The notes beneath the pieces are model-generated. The model saw nothing but the letters and a program-made list of their open reading frames with translations. It was not told the DNA's origin and did not search any database. This document shows, piece after piece, positions 47,714-57,618 of a stretch of DNA of 64,000 nucleotides; within the stretch, counting starts at the first letter, position 1; each line of letters starts with the position of its first letter. The position numbers were made by a program, and so were the translations under genes. Source of the DNA: Candidatus Caccovivens sp. (GTDB taxonomy: Bacteria; Bacillota; Clostridia; Christensenellales; UBA1242); assembly GCA_045650745.1 (NCBI GenBank), contig JAZRRN010000049.1, positions 64,091 through 128,090 of the forward strand. The letters run 5' to 3'.

Positions 47714-49135
47714 ATGAAGAAAAAAAGAATGAAAAGCGTTTTGTTTAAAAAGATTTTCTTTTGTGCTGCCTGTCTTCTTATGGCTGTTTCAGGGGTGGTG
47801 ACATCTTATGCAGTGACATTTGACAAAAACAGCATTGCAAAAATGACAACATCATACACACTTGGTGACGAAAATGTCAAAATCGAAATCTACCAAAGAG
47901 AGGTTGGAGAACCAGATGATTCGCCAACTTTTGCAGTAGGTGACACAATCATGAAGGCGATTGCCTACAAAAAAGCAAATTTGACAGAAGATGTTTCTAT
48001 TGATTTTGCTATTTACAGAGTGTATTACAACACAGCATTTTATTATGTGCCAAACACTCCTGACTATGGAAAGATGACAAATCTTTCTTCTGACGAAACA
48101 AAAGATTGCATCAGATTTACATATGCGATGGTCAAGGCTGCACAATGGGGGATCAAGACAAACTTTATCTACCATGCAGACAGTGGAAAAACAATGCCTT
48201 ATATGACAAAGTTTTTGAATGAAACTTGTTTCCATGATTCGTCTAAAAAGGTTAAGGACTATTTGACAGTAAGACATTGCGAATGGCCACTCGATGTGTC
48301 AACAATGTCTTATCAAATGCACTCAAAGCAATTTATTGTTTCGGATTATCTTGACCATGATGGACAAGAATATCACAATGCAGTTTGGGCATCAAGTGCA
48401 AACATTGATCAATATGCAGCATTCAGCAAAATGCCAATTGACTACAAAGATTGGGCTCACTCTGGATTTATGATCAGCAACAATTCCGAACTTTACAGAC
48501 AAAACAAAATGTTTTTCGATATCACATTTGACAACTACAACAACAGAGAAAGATTTGGCGAACAAGTTCAAGAGCAAAAAGCGCTTGGCAATCTCAAGTA
48601 TGTTGATGACAAAATTGAAATGTATTTTACGCCAATGACAAGAGATTATACTGATGCGTGGAATGTTGATGACAACCCAGTCGCAAAATATATGGAAAGA
48701 CTTGCAAATTGCAAGGGAGAATTTGCTCTTTATATAAATATGTATAGTTTCAGCAATCATGCTTACAGCGAAAGAATGATTGAATGCATCGAAAGAGCTT
48801 TTGCAAACAATCCTGACACAAACAATATTTTCAGCATGACCATCAACGATGGCTTGGGTGGAAGAGATGATCTTGCTCTGATTCTCGGTCAATATGGCGA
48901 ACTTAGATTTGATATCAAAACCCATGCAAAGGATTATATTTTCTACTTTGGCGACACAAACGAATATGTTGTTATCACAGGCACAGCAAACCTCTGCGAA
49001 GGCGAATCTTTGTGGAAGTCAAACCAAGTTGCAGTGTTTAAGGAAAGTGGCGATGTTCACCCAATCTTTGACACATTTGTAGAATATTACAACAGATGCA
49101 CAGTTTCAGAAAATGCATTAAACAAGTTGGGGTGA
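47714..49135 (+). CDS. Exported phospholipase-D-superfamily-like protein (two degenerate HKD motifs)
   Basis: Start MKKKRMKS follows RBS AAGGAGG, with an N-terminal hydrophobic anchor. The two motifs are HSKQFIVSD...SSAN and HAKDYIFYFGD...TGTAN. Confidence 0.45.
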   Translation: MKKKRMKSVLFKKIFFCAACLLMAVSGVVTSYAVTFDKNSIAKMTTSYTLGDENVKIEIYQREVGEPDDSPTFAVGDTIMKAIAYKKANLTEDVSIDFAIYRVYYNTAFYYVPNTPDYGKMTNLSSDETKDCIRFTYAMVKAAQWGIKTNFIYHADSGKTMPYMTKFLNETCFHDSSKKVKDYLTVRHCEWPLDVSTMSYQMHSKQFIVSDYLDHDGQEYHNAVWASSANIDQYAAFSKMPIDYKDWAHSGFMISNNSELYRQNKMFFDITFDNYNNRERFGEQVQEQKALGNLKYVDDKIEMYFTPMTRDYTDAWNVDDNPVAKYMERLANCKGEFALYINMYSFSNHAYSERMIECIERAFANNPDTNNIFSMTINDGLGGRDDLALILGQYGELRFDIKTHAKDYIFYFGDTNEYVVITGTANLCEGESLWKSNQVAVFKESGDVHPIFDTFVEYYNRCTVSENALNKLG

Positions 49136-49139
49136 TGAT

Positions 49140-50081
49140 ATGGGAAAGAGAATTGTAAACGAATTGAAACAATGGTCAAAACAAGAAATCATTTTTTACT
49201 CAATTGTGATTGGTCTTTTCACTGTTATTATGACTGTTGCTGGCATTATTTTGGATTTTAATGTCCTTTACATTTTGTTTGGTGTTTTTGCAATGCTTTC
49301 GTTTGCACTTGCAATCAAAAAGACTTTTGTTGGTTATGTTTTGATTGTGGTGACGATGGGTATGTATGCCGTTTTTGCTTACACAAACAAATTTTATAGC
49401 GAACTTTTTGCAGTGGGTTTGTTTGTTTTGCCTTATGTGATTGTTGAAATTATCAGATGGGTGAAACAAAAGAAAAACAAGCCAACCTTGCCTCAAGGAA
49501 AAAGGTTGATTGTCGAAACTGTTGTGGCTGTGGCGTGTGCCGGATTATTGTTTTTTGGAGCTTACAAAATGTTGTATGTTTTGCAAAACAACTGGCTTGT
49601 TGGAGCAACCTTTGCAGTGGTTGCAGCAGCAGGATTTTTGTGTATGACAACTTACGCAAGCAAACTTTTGTCTTCGATGTTTTTGTCAATCTATGTTGCA
49701 CTTGCTTGTGCTTGTTGGGTGTTTTGTGCAGTGTTCAGCGACATCAGTTTTGCTGCGATTGGACTTGCAATGCTTGCAATCACAATCATGGCATTGAGAG
49801 TGTTTGTAAACTACGCAATCGCTTATGCAAAACAAAAGAAGTGCAAGTGTGGACAAGTGGAAAACTTGCACGCTGTGATTGTTGAAGAAGAACCAAAGGC
49901 AGCAGAAGAAGAAATCGAAACTCAACCAGTTGCAGAAATGACAGAAGAAGTTTCGACTGAAGAACAATCTTTTGAGGTTGCTGAGGTGGAAGCTGAAGTT
50001 GTGGAAGAAGAAGTTGTCAAAGAAAAAACACCACAACCAACAGAACACAAGGTTAAAAGAAGAAGAGGAAAAAGAAAGTAA
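49140..50081 (+). CDS. Multi-pass membrane protein with an acidic C-terminal tail
   Basis: 313 aa. About 7 TM helices, followed by an EEEPKAAEEEIE...EVEAEVVEEEVV tail ending in KRRRGKRK. Confidence 0.45.
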   Translation: MGKRIVNELKQWSKQEIIFYSIVIGLFTVIMTVAGIILDFNVLYILFGVFAMLSFALAIKKTFVGYVLIVVTMGMYAVFAYTNKFYSELFAVGLFVLPYVIVEIIRWVKQKKNKPTLPQGKRLIVETVVAVACAGLLFFGAYKMLYVLQNNWLVGATFAVVAAAGFLCMTTYASKLLSSMFLSIYVALACACWVFCAVFSDISFAAIGLAMLAITIMALRVFVNYAIAYAKQKKCKCGQVENLHAVIVEEEPKAAEEEIETQPVAEMTEEVSTEEQSFEVAEVEAEVVEEEVVKEKTPQPTEHKVKRRRGKRK

Positions 50082-50146
50082 GAGATAAATAAGTTTCCTT
50101 AAATTTGTTTTTGGGAAACTTATTTGTTTATAAACGGGAGGCCGTT

Positions 50147-51355
50147 ATGGCAAAGAAAAAACCTGAAGAAAAAGAGATTGTTTCTCAAAGCGAAACTGAG
50201 AAGATTAAGGGCGTTGAGGTTGAAAAAGATCAACAAATCGCACAAAGTGAAAATGAAAAATCACAATCTCAAGAGTTGGTTTCAGAAAGAAAAACTTATC
50301 TTGACTACATAAGGATTATGGCTGCATTTTTTGTGATTGCAATTCATGTTGTGTCATTTTTCTTAAATCAAAGAAAAGCAACTTTTGGATCTGCTGCATG
50401 GAACATTGAAATGATTATGGACAACTTTATCCGTGTTGCAGTGCCATTGTTTGTGATGATAAGTGGTGCGTTGTTTTTGGACGAAAGGAAAAAAGTTTCC
50501 ACCAAAAAACTTCTAAAAAACAATGTGCTTAGAATGTTTGTTATTTTTGTTTTCTGGGCGATTGTTTACAAATTTGGATCGATGTTTTCGAGTGGCAAAC
50601 CAATAACATGGAAAGGTGTTGGCAATGCATTTTTGGAAATCTGCAAAGGTGATTTTCACTATCATTTGTGGTATTTGCCAATGCTTATTGGTTTATATTT
50701 GATCACACCACTTTTGAGAAAAGTTTGCAAAAAAGAAAACAAACAGCTTGTCGAATATTTTTTGATTGTTTTCTTTATTGGCACAACATTTATTCGTTTT
50801 ATGGCAAGCAAAAACCTTGGTGCGCCAACAAATGCAATTTTTGACTTTGCAAATCAACTCACACCAGATGCGTTTGTAAATTATGTTGGCGTTTATATTT
50901 TGGGTTGGTATCTTGCGACCTTTGATCACTCAAAAAAGTTTAGGATAATCATCTATTCTGTTGGATTTGGGTTGTATTTCTTGGGCGCTGGTGCAGATCT
51001 TCTTTATTCTTATGTAAGAGGTGGCACATCATTTTTTAGCAGTGACAATCTTGGATTTCTCAAACTTTTGCCTGCATCTGCAATCTTTTTGGCTTTCAGA
51101 TACAGCAAGTTTGCAAACAAAGAGCACAAGTTTGTCAAATATCTTTCAGGGTGCACCTTTGGCATATATCTCACACACGCCTTTGTGCGAAACATTTTGT
51201 TCAACTTGTTTGGCGAAGGTATGATGGTGTTGTGTGAAACTGGTTGGGCTGTGCTTTTGATTCCGGTTTACACAATTGTCATTTTTGTTGTAAGTTTTGG
51301 CGTGACGGCTCTGATTTCGTTGTTGCCGAAAAAGATACGGAAATGGTTTTTGTAA
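50147..51355 (+). CDS. Acyltransferase family 3 (O-acyltransferase) membrane protein
   Basis: Start MAKKKPEE follows RBS GGGAGG. YLDYIRIMAAFFVIAIHV and a 10-TM layout are typical of Acyl_transf_3. Confidence 0.7.
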   Translation: MAKKKPEEKEIVSQSETEKIKGVEVEKDQQIAQSENEKSQSQELVSERKTYLDYIRIMAAFFVIAIHVVSFFLNQRKATFGSAAWNIEMIMDNFIRVAVPLFVMISGALFLDERKKVSTKKLLKNNVLRMFVIFVFWAIVYKFGSMFSSGKPITWKGVGNAFLEICKGDFHYHLWYLPMLIGLYLITPLLRKVCKKENKQLVEYFLIVFFIGTTFIRFMASKNLGAPTNAIFDFANQLTPDAFVNYVGVYILGWYLATFDHSKKFRIIIYSVGFGLYFLGAGADLLYSYVRGGTSFFSSDNLGFLKLLPASAIFLAFRYSKFANKEHKFVKYLSGCTFGIYLTHAFVRNILFNLFGEGMMVLCETGWAVLLIPVYTIVIFVVSFGVTALISLLPKKIRKWFL

Positions 51356-51495
51356 AAAAAGGCAAAAATTTTTGCATGAGACAGGAAAAATATCCTGTCT
51401 TTTTTTGTGTTGAAAAGTTTTTTTTGTTTCAATAAATAGGTAAAACAAAAAAGATGTGATATAATACAAACAACAAAGGGCAAAAGGAGTCGTCG

Positions 51496-53376
51496 ATGAA
51501 GAAGAAATTCTTTGGTGTAATTATATCATTGTGCTTGTGTCTTTTTGGGGGAGTTATGTTGACTGCCTGTGGCGAAAACACAGATACATATGCTGTCAAT
51601 GTGAGTTTTCCAAACAAAATGATTTACACAAAAACAGAATTGGCAGACAAGGTTACGCATGGAAATAGCATCAGTTTTGATGTTTATGGGCCGGCATACT
51701 ATGACTATTCTGAGTTTAACGCTTATCTAAACGGAAAACTTTTGAAAACGGAATTTAAAAAAGAAGAATTGCCAACAGACGCCATCGACACTGCAGTCGA
51801 CTATGTCTTGATTGGTGTGGTAACTCTTAAAAATGTTCAACAAGATTGCTTGATAAGATTTCAAGGTGCGAAAGAATATCAAATCAGCTACAATTTTTAT
51901 TCACCAGACAAAAACATTATCAAAGCATCAGACAGAGCAAATTTGTCTGAAAAACAATTGGCTGTGGCAAGCAACTTTTCGCTCAGATTGTCTTCTGCAG
52001 ATTCGATGAATTTTGATAAAGACGAAATGACTTTGGCAGAAGTTATGACTGCTACTTACGAAGATTTGGACGAAGGGGATTTGATTCTTCCAGACAAATA
52101 TGTGTTTACATATTCTGCATCAGAATTGTATGAAATCGAAACAGTGCCAGGCGAAACTCTTCCAACGATTACTTACAAAGGGTTGCCTATTTTGGCAAAC
52201 AAATCATATGGCTATTATGCAGATGATGGCGACATGCAAAACATTCAGTTGTTTAAGGGACTTCAAGAGGCTTCTTATGGACAACTTGAGACAACAGATG
52301 TGATGGAAGCAAGATTTGCTTTGCCAGAACAAATCACAAGAGAAACAAAGCGCACTTTCATTTTGGATCAATCAACCGAAGACAGTGAGGGTGTGATTTC
52401 AACAAGATTGAATCTTGAAAACAATCTTATGGTTTTTCCAAGTGAAAAAATTGACACAACAAAAATCACAATGATCAACAACAATAATGTCAAGTTGTGG
52501 AATTTTGTTGGTGGACTTACAAGTCTTGCAGATTTGTATGATGTGACAACAGACAATCAGACAACTTTTGATGTTTATCTTGACATTGCAGAAGGTGTAA
52601 ATGTTGACAACTTGAAGGTGTTGATCAATGGCAAACTTTTGGCTGGCGACTTGGGAAGATATTCGTTGGTTGAAGAAGATGACAAACTCTCGGTATCTTT
52701 GGCAATGGGGCTTACACCAATAGACTTCTTTTCAGATGCATCACTTGCAAGTGAATATGCCGCTTTGCTTGAAGAAAACATTGAGTCCTTTGGATTTTAT
52801 TTGACAATTGAAGGAGCTGTGCTTTCAGATGTTTCAAACTTTACAAAAATCAAAACTTCAAATCTTGAAGTTGGTGGACAAAAGTTGGCTTCTTGGACAA
52901 CAACAGGCGAATTTAATACAGCTCAAACAGGCATTGTGCCTGCAGATAAATATAAAAATGTTTATTATGTTGATGGCGAATATTCTTATTATAGAAATGC
53001 TGATATAGCAACAGGAAACAAATTGGTTTCAACTTTCTATAAACCTTTCTATGGTGACAAACTTGAAGAAAAAACTGAACATCTTGCATGCAAAATTGGC
53101 CAAGCAGAAACAAAATATTTTGACATTTTGTCAGAAACCTCAGAAGGGACAATTGTTTATCAGTCAAGTGACAAAGCAATTGTAAAGTTTGTGATCGATG
53201 AAAACTTGACAGGTTATGCACAATTTGTTTTAGGAGAAGGTGCAGCAGAGTTGGCATTCTCAACAAACGAAATTGAATATTTGTTTATAGAATTTGTTGC
53301 AAAACCAGCATTGGCAGAAGTTGAATTTTCAATCGAAATGAGAAAACAAGATATTTCTGTGGTAGATCCAGAATAA
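51496..53376 (+). CDS. Large lipoprotein, function unknown
   Basis: Signal peptide with lipobox MLTAC|GENT. 626 aa. Confidence 0.6.
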   Translation: MKKKFFGVIISLCLCLFGGVMLTACGENTDTYAVNVSFPNKMIYTKTELADKVTHGNSISFDVYGPAYYDYSEFNAYLNGKLLKTEFKKEELPTDAIDTAVDYVLIGVVTLKNVQQDCLIRFQGAKEYQISYNFYSPDKNIIKASDRANLSEKQLAVASNFSLRLSSADSMNFDKDEMTLAEVMTATYEDLDEGDLILPDKYVFTYSASELYEIETVPGETLPTITYKGLPILANKSYGYYADDGDMQNIQLFKGLQEASYGQLETTDVMEARFALPEQITRETKRTFILDQSTEDSEGVISTRLNLENNLMVFPSEKIDTTKITMINNNNVKLWNFVGGLTSLADLYDVTTDNQTTFDVYLDIAEGVNVDNLKVLINGKLLAGDLGRYSLVEEDDKLSVSLAMGLTPIDFFSDASLASEYAALLEENIESFGFYLTIEGAVLSDVSNFTKIKTSNLEVGGQKLASWTTTGEFNTAQTGIVPADKYKNVYYVDGEYSYYRNADIATGNKLVSTFYKPFYGDKLEEKTEHLACKIGQAETKYFDILSETSEGTIVYQSSDKAIVKFVIDENLTGYAQFVLGEGAAELAFSTNEIEYLFIEFVAKPALAEVEFSIEMRKQDISVVDPE

Positions 53377-53405
53377 CAAAAAAACACACTTTCGAGTGTG
53401 TTTTT

Positions 53406-53789
53406 TTATAATGCTAAATCTTCATACATTTGCAGGTTGTAATATTGGGCGCAGAGTTTTATAAATTCGCCAGATGTTGGTTTGTCGTGTTTTGAATATA
53501 AATTTGTTTTGAAAATCTTGTTGAGCAAAGCAAATCCATTTGTGTTTGCCAAATGGTCAATCGCATGTCTTATGCTGCGCTCGATGCAGTTTGAGTTTTC
53601 GATTTCAAAATGTTTGGCTGTTTGCACATAAACATTGTTGCAAAGGTCGTATATCAAATTTGGTTGTTTTGTGACAAGGTCTGCTGCAAAGCAAAGATAT
53701 GCAAATCCGTTTAGGCTGCACTTCATGCCAATTTTGATGAGGAACAACTTGATGATGTTGTGTGCCTCTGTTTGTTGATAGATTGTCAT
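53406..53789 (-). CDS. Second stand-alone Spo0A_C domain protein (paralog of 11099-11482)
   Basis: 127 aa from MTIYQQTE, after RBS AAAGGAG. NCIERSIRHAIDH and DKPTSGEFIKLCAQYY. Collinear with the first copy and the same length. Confidence 0.75.
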   Translation of the reverse strand: MTIYQQTEAHNIIKLFLIKIGMKCSLNGFAYLCFAADLVTKQPNLIYDLCNNVYVQTAKHFEIENSNCIERSIRHAIDHLANTNGFALLNKIFKTNLYSKHDKPTSGEFIKLCAQYYNLQMYEDLAL

Positions 53790-54044
53790 AAGTTTCTCCT
53801 TTGTATACAAGATTATAGCACTTTTATATTACTTTTTCAAAATTTTACAAAAAGATTTTCAATATAATTTTGAAATATTTTTTACAAAAACAAACAATTT
53901 GCGTTTTACGCATAGATTTGTTTTTGAATGAGGGTGCACATAAGTTATAAAGTTATAACAAGAGTGTTGGCATATCTTGCTTAAAAGGTTGTCAAGTTTT
54001 TTTGATAAAAATAAAAAAAATATTTTTTTAACAAAATTGCAAAA

Positions 54045-54092
54045 ACACAATATCTAGTGAATTAAAGTTGACTAATCCACAATATCTATTGT
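54045..54092 (+). promoter_or_regulatory. Tandem NrdR boxes overlapping the nrdD promoter
   Basis: ACACAATATCTAGTGA (54045-54060) and CCACAATATCTATTGT (54077-54092), spaced 32 bp start to start. TTGACT at 54068-54073 and TATAAT at 54092-54097. Confidence 0.7.
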
Positions 54093-54131
54093 ATAATGGG
54101 TCTGTAATACTTATTATTGGGGAGGCATAAA

Positions 54132-56255
54132 ATGCAAGTAATCAAAAGAAATGGTTCGATTGTAGAATACGATCCAGCAAAAATCAAAATTGCCATCGAA
54201 AAGGCAAACAAAGAGGTTTTGGAAAAGGATAAAGCGACCAAAGAAGAAATCAAAGGTATCCTTGAACATATTGAAAGCCTTAAAAAGAAAAGATTGCTGG
54301 TTGAAGATATTCAAGACATCATTGAAGAAAAATTGATGGAATACGGCCACTATGATCTTGCAAAAAAATACATAATCTATAGATACAACCGTGCACTTAT
54401 CAGAAAGTCAAACACAACAGACGAAACGATTTTGACTCTCGTTAAAAATGCAAACAAAGATGTTATGGAAGAAAACTCAAACAAAAACGCTCTTGCTGCA
54501 AGCACACAAAGAGACTTGATTGCAGGGGAAGTTTCTAGAGATTTGACAAGAAGATTGTTGCTTCCAGAAGAAGTTTCGAAGGCGCACGACGAAGGTATTT
54601 TGCATTTCCATGATGCAGACTATTTTGTTCAACCGATTTTCAACTGCTGTTTGATTGACATTGGAAACATGCTTGACAATGGAACTGTTATGAACGGAAA
54701 ATTGGTAGAATCTCCAAAGAGTTTTCAAGTTGCCTGCACAGTAACAACTCAAATTATTGCAGCTGTTGCGAGCTCACAATATGGTGGACAATCTGTTGAC
54801 ATTAGACACTTGGGCAAATATTTGAGAAGAAGCAAAGAAAAGTTTGAAAAGAAACTCCGTGCTGTAGATCCAGATATGGACGAAGCATCGTTCAAAAAAT
54901 ATATTGATATGAGAGTGCAAGATGAATTGGCATCAGGCATTCAAACAATTCAATATCAAATCAACACTCTTATGACAACAAACGGACAATCTCCATTTGT
55001 TACACTCTTCTTGTATTTGGATAAAAACGATCCATATTTGGAAGAAAATGCAATGATCATCGAAGAAATCTTCCGTCAAAGAATTCAAGGTATCAAAAAC
55101 GAAAAGGGTGTTTATGTTACCCCAGCATTCCCAAAACTTGTTTATGTTTTGGACGATATTAACTGTCTTGAAGGTGGAAAGTATGACTATGTGACAAAGC
55201 TTGCATGTCAATGTTCAGCAAAGAGATTGTATCCAGACTATATTTCAGCAAAGAAAATGCGTGAAAATTATGAAGGAAATGTGTTTAGTCCAATGGGTTG
55301 CAGAAGTTTCTTGTCTCCTTGGAAAGATGAAAACGGAAATTATAAATTTGAAGGTCGTTTCAACCAAGGTGTTGTAAGTATCAACCTTCCACAAATTGGA
55401 ATTATTGCTGATGGCGACGAAGACAAGTTCTGGAAGTTGCTTGATGAAAGACTTGGCATTTGCTTTAGAGCGTTGATGGTTAGACATGAGGCGCTTAAAG
55501 GAACAAAATCTGATGTTTCTCCAATTCACTGGCAATATGGTGCGATTGCAAGATTTGAAAAAGGTCAAACAATTGACGATTTGCTTTATGGTGGCTATTC
55601 TTCAATTTCTTTGGGATATATTGGTTTGTATGAAGTTACAAAAGCAATGAAGGGTGTGTCACACACAGATTCTGTTGGCGAAGAATTTGCTATGCGAGTT
55701 ATGAAGCATTTGAGAGCAACAACTGATAGATGGAAAAAAGAAACAAACATTGGTTTTGCTTTGTATGGAACACCTGCAGAATCATTGTGTTATAGATTTG
55801 CTCGCATTGACAAAGCTCGTTTTGGAACAATTGAAGATATTACAGACAAGGGTTACTACACAAATTCATACCATGTTGATGTAAGAGAAAACATTGATGC
55901 GTTTGAAAAGTTTAAATTTGAAGCTCAATTCCAACCAATTTCATCAGGTGGCTGCATTTCTTATGTAGAAATCCCAAATCTTACAAACAATGTTCAAGCA
56001 ATTGAAGAAGTTGTTAAGTTTATCTACAACAACATTCAATATGCCGAATTTAACACAAAGAGCGACTATTGCCATTGTTGTGGATATGATGGAGAAATCA
56101 TCATCAACGAAAACAACGAATGGGAATGTCCACAATGTCACAACAAAGATCAAAAGAAAATGAATGTTACAAGAAGAACTTGTGGATACCTTGGCGAAAA
56201 CTTCTGGAATGTTGGAAAAACTAAGGAAATTAAAGCAAGAGTATTGCACTTGTAA
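54132..56255 (+). CDS. nrdD: Anaerobic ribonucleoside-triphosphate reductase NrdD
   Basis: N-terminal ATP-cone (MQVIKRNGSIVEYD). C-terminal zinc-ribbon cysteines CHCCG...CPQC and glycyl-radical motif RRTCGYLG. Confidence 0.92.
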   Translation: MQVIKRNGSIVEYDPAKIKIAIEKANKEVLEKDKATKEEIKGILEHIESLKKKRLLVEDIQDIIEEKLMEYGHYDLAKKYIIYRYNRALIRKSNTTDETILTLVKNANKDVMEENSNKNALAASTQRDLIAGEVSRDLTRRLLLPEEVSKAHDEGILHFHDADYFVQPIFNCCLIDIGNMLDNGTVMNGKLVESPKSFQVACTVTTQIIAAVASSQYGGQSVDIRHLGKYLRRSKEKFEKKLRAVDPDMDEASFKKYIDMRVQDELASGIQTIQYQINTLMTTNGQSPFVTLFLYLDKNDPYLEENAMIIEEIFRQRIQGIKNEKGVYVTPAFPKLVYVLDDINCLEGGKYDYVTKLACQCSAKRLYPDYISAKKMRENYEGNVFSPMGCRSFLSPWKDENGNYKFEGRFNQGVVSINLPQIGIIADGDEDKFWKLLDERLGICFRALMVRHEALKGTKSDVSPIHWQYGAIARFEKGQTIDDLLYGGYSSISLGYIGLYEVTKAMKGVSHTDSVGEEFAMRVMKHLRATTDRWKKETNIGFALYGTPAESLCYRFARIDKARFGTIEDITDKGYYTNSYHVDVRENIDAFEKFKFEAQFQPISSGGCISYVEIPNLTNNVQAIEEVVKFIYNNIQYAEFNTKSDYCHCCGYDGEIIINENNEWECPQCHNKDQKKMNVTRRTCGYLGENFWNVGKTKEIKARVLHL

Positions 56256-56334
56256 TAAATCGCAAAAAACGCAAGAATGTGTCTAAAATCGCCGATTTTG
56301 ACGCATTTTTTGCACAAAATAAAGGAAAATGCTT

Positions 56335-56865
56335 ATGAATTATGCAAACATTAAATTGCATGACACTGCAAACGGACAAGGCGTGAGAGTCAGTTTGTTT
56401 GTAAGTGGCTGCACTCACCATTGTAAAGGTTGTTTCAATCCTGAAACTTGGGATTTTTGCTATGGTTGCAAATATACTCAAGAAATCGAAGATAAATTGA
56501 TTGAAGCTTGCAACAAAGATTATATAAAAGGGCTCAGTCTTTTGGGTGGAGAACCTTTTGAAAAGGCAAATCAGCCAGATTTGGCAAAATTGTTGAAAAG
56601 ATTTAAGAAAGAATATCCAAACAAAGATGTTTGGTGTTATTCTGGATATACATTTGATGTAGATATGGTGCCAGGAGGCAAGGTTTGGACCGAACATACA
56701 AGAGATATGTTGGACAGAATTGACTTTTTGGTTGATGGCGAATTTGTAGAGGATCTCAAAAACCTCAGATTGAAGTTTAGAGGGTCAGAAAATCAAAGAA
56801 TAATTGATGTTCAAAGGTCTCTTAAAGATGGAAAAGTGTATGCTTTCCATGATGATGAAGTGTAA
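56335..56865 (+). CDS. nrdG: Anaerobic RNR activating radical-SAM protein NrdG
   Basis: DTANGQGVRVSLFVSGCTHHCKGCFN carries the CxxxCxxC cluster. The alternative ATG at 56329 is too close to the RBS. Confidence 0.88.
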   Translation: MNYANIKLHDTANGQGVRVSLFVSGCTHHCKGCFNPETWDFCYGCKYTQEIEDKLIEACNKDYIKGLSLLGGEPFEKANQPDLAKLLKRFKKEYPNKDVWCYSGYTFDVDMVPGGKVWTEHTRDMLDRIDFLVDGEFVEDLKNLRLKFRGSENQRIIDVQRSLKDGKVYAFHDDEV

Positions 56866-56878
56866 AATGGAGGATAAA

Positions 56879-57325
56879 ATGCAAAAAACAAGATTGAGAG
56901 TAAAAAAATTGGATGAAAGAGCAATTATTCCAACTTATGGCAGTGCAAATGCAGCAGGAGCAGATCTTTATGCTGTTTTAGATGAAAATGTAACACTTTT
57001 GCCTGGCGAAACAAAGTTGATTAAGACTGGTTTGGCGTATGAAATCCCAGAAGGATATGTTGGGCTTTTGTTTGCAAGAAGTGGATTGTCGACAAAACAA
57101 GGCTTGGCGCCAGCAACAAAGGTTTCTGTTATTGACTCTGACTATAGAGGAGAATTGATGGTGCCATTGCACAATCATTCGCAAGTTGAAAGAACAATCG
57201 CAAGTGGAGACAGAATTGCGCAAATGGTATTTACTCCTTATATAATGGCAGATTTCGAGGTGGTTGATCAGCTTGAAGATTCTGTAAGAGGAGAAGGTGG
57301 ATTTGGTTCTACTGGCAAAAAATAA
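56879..57325 (+). CDS. dut: dUTP diphosphatase
   Basis: Start MQKTRLRV follows RBS GGAGG. Motifs AAGADLYA, ARSGL, IDSDYRGE and RGEGGFGSTG. Confidence 0.9.
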   Translation: MQKTRLRVKKLDERAIIPTYGSANAAGADLYAVLDENVTLLPGETKLIKTGLAYEIPEGYVGLLFARSGLSTKQGLAPATKVSVIDSDYRGELMVPLHNHSQVERTIASGDRIAQMVFTPYIMADFEVVDQLEDSVRGEGGFGSTGKK

Positions 57326-57618
57326 AAAAATAACAAAAAATCGAATAAAATAGCGTATTTATTAATTAAATATGCTATTTTTTATTATTTTTAATTAAAA
57401 AACCTATTATTTATTAATAAAAAAGATAAAAAACGCCACAAGTGCCTATTTTAGGGCTATATAAATTGTATAAATAATATTAAAAAAAATGTTAAAAATG
57501 CAAAAAATGTCGATTTTTTGCTATTTTTTTAATTAATAAAATTAATTTTTATATTTTTTCAATAAAAAAATAATTAAATAATAAATAAAAATTAAATTTA
57601 AATAATTAAAAATATATT

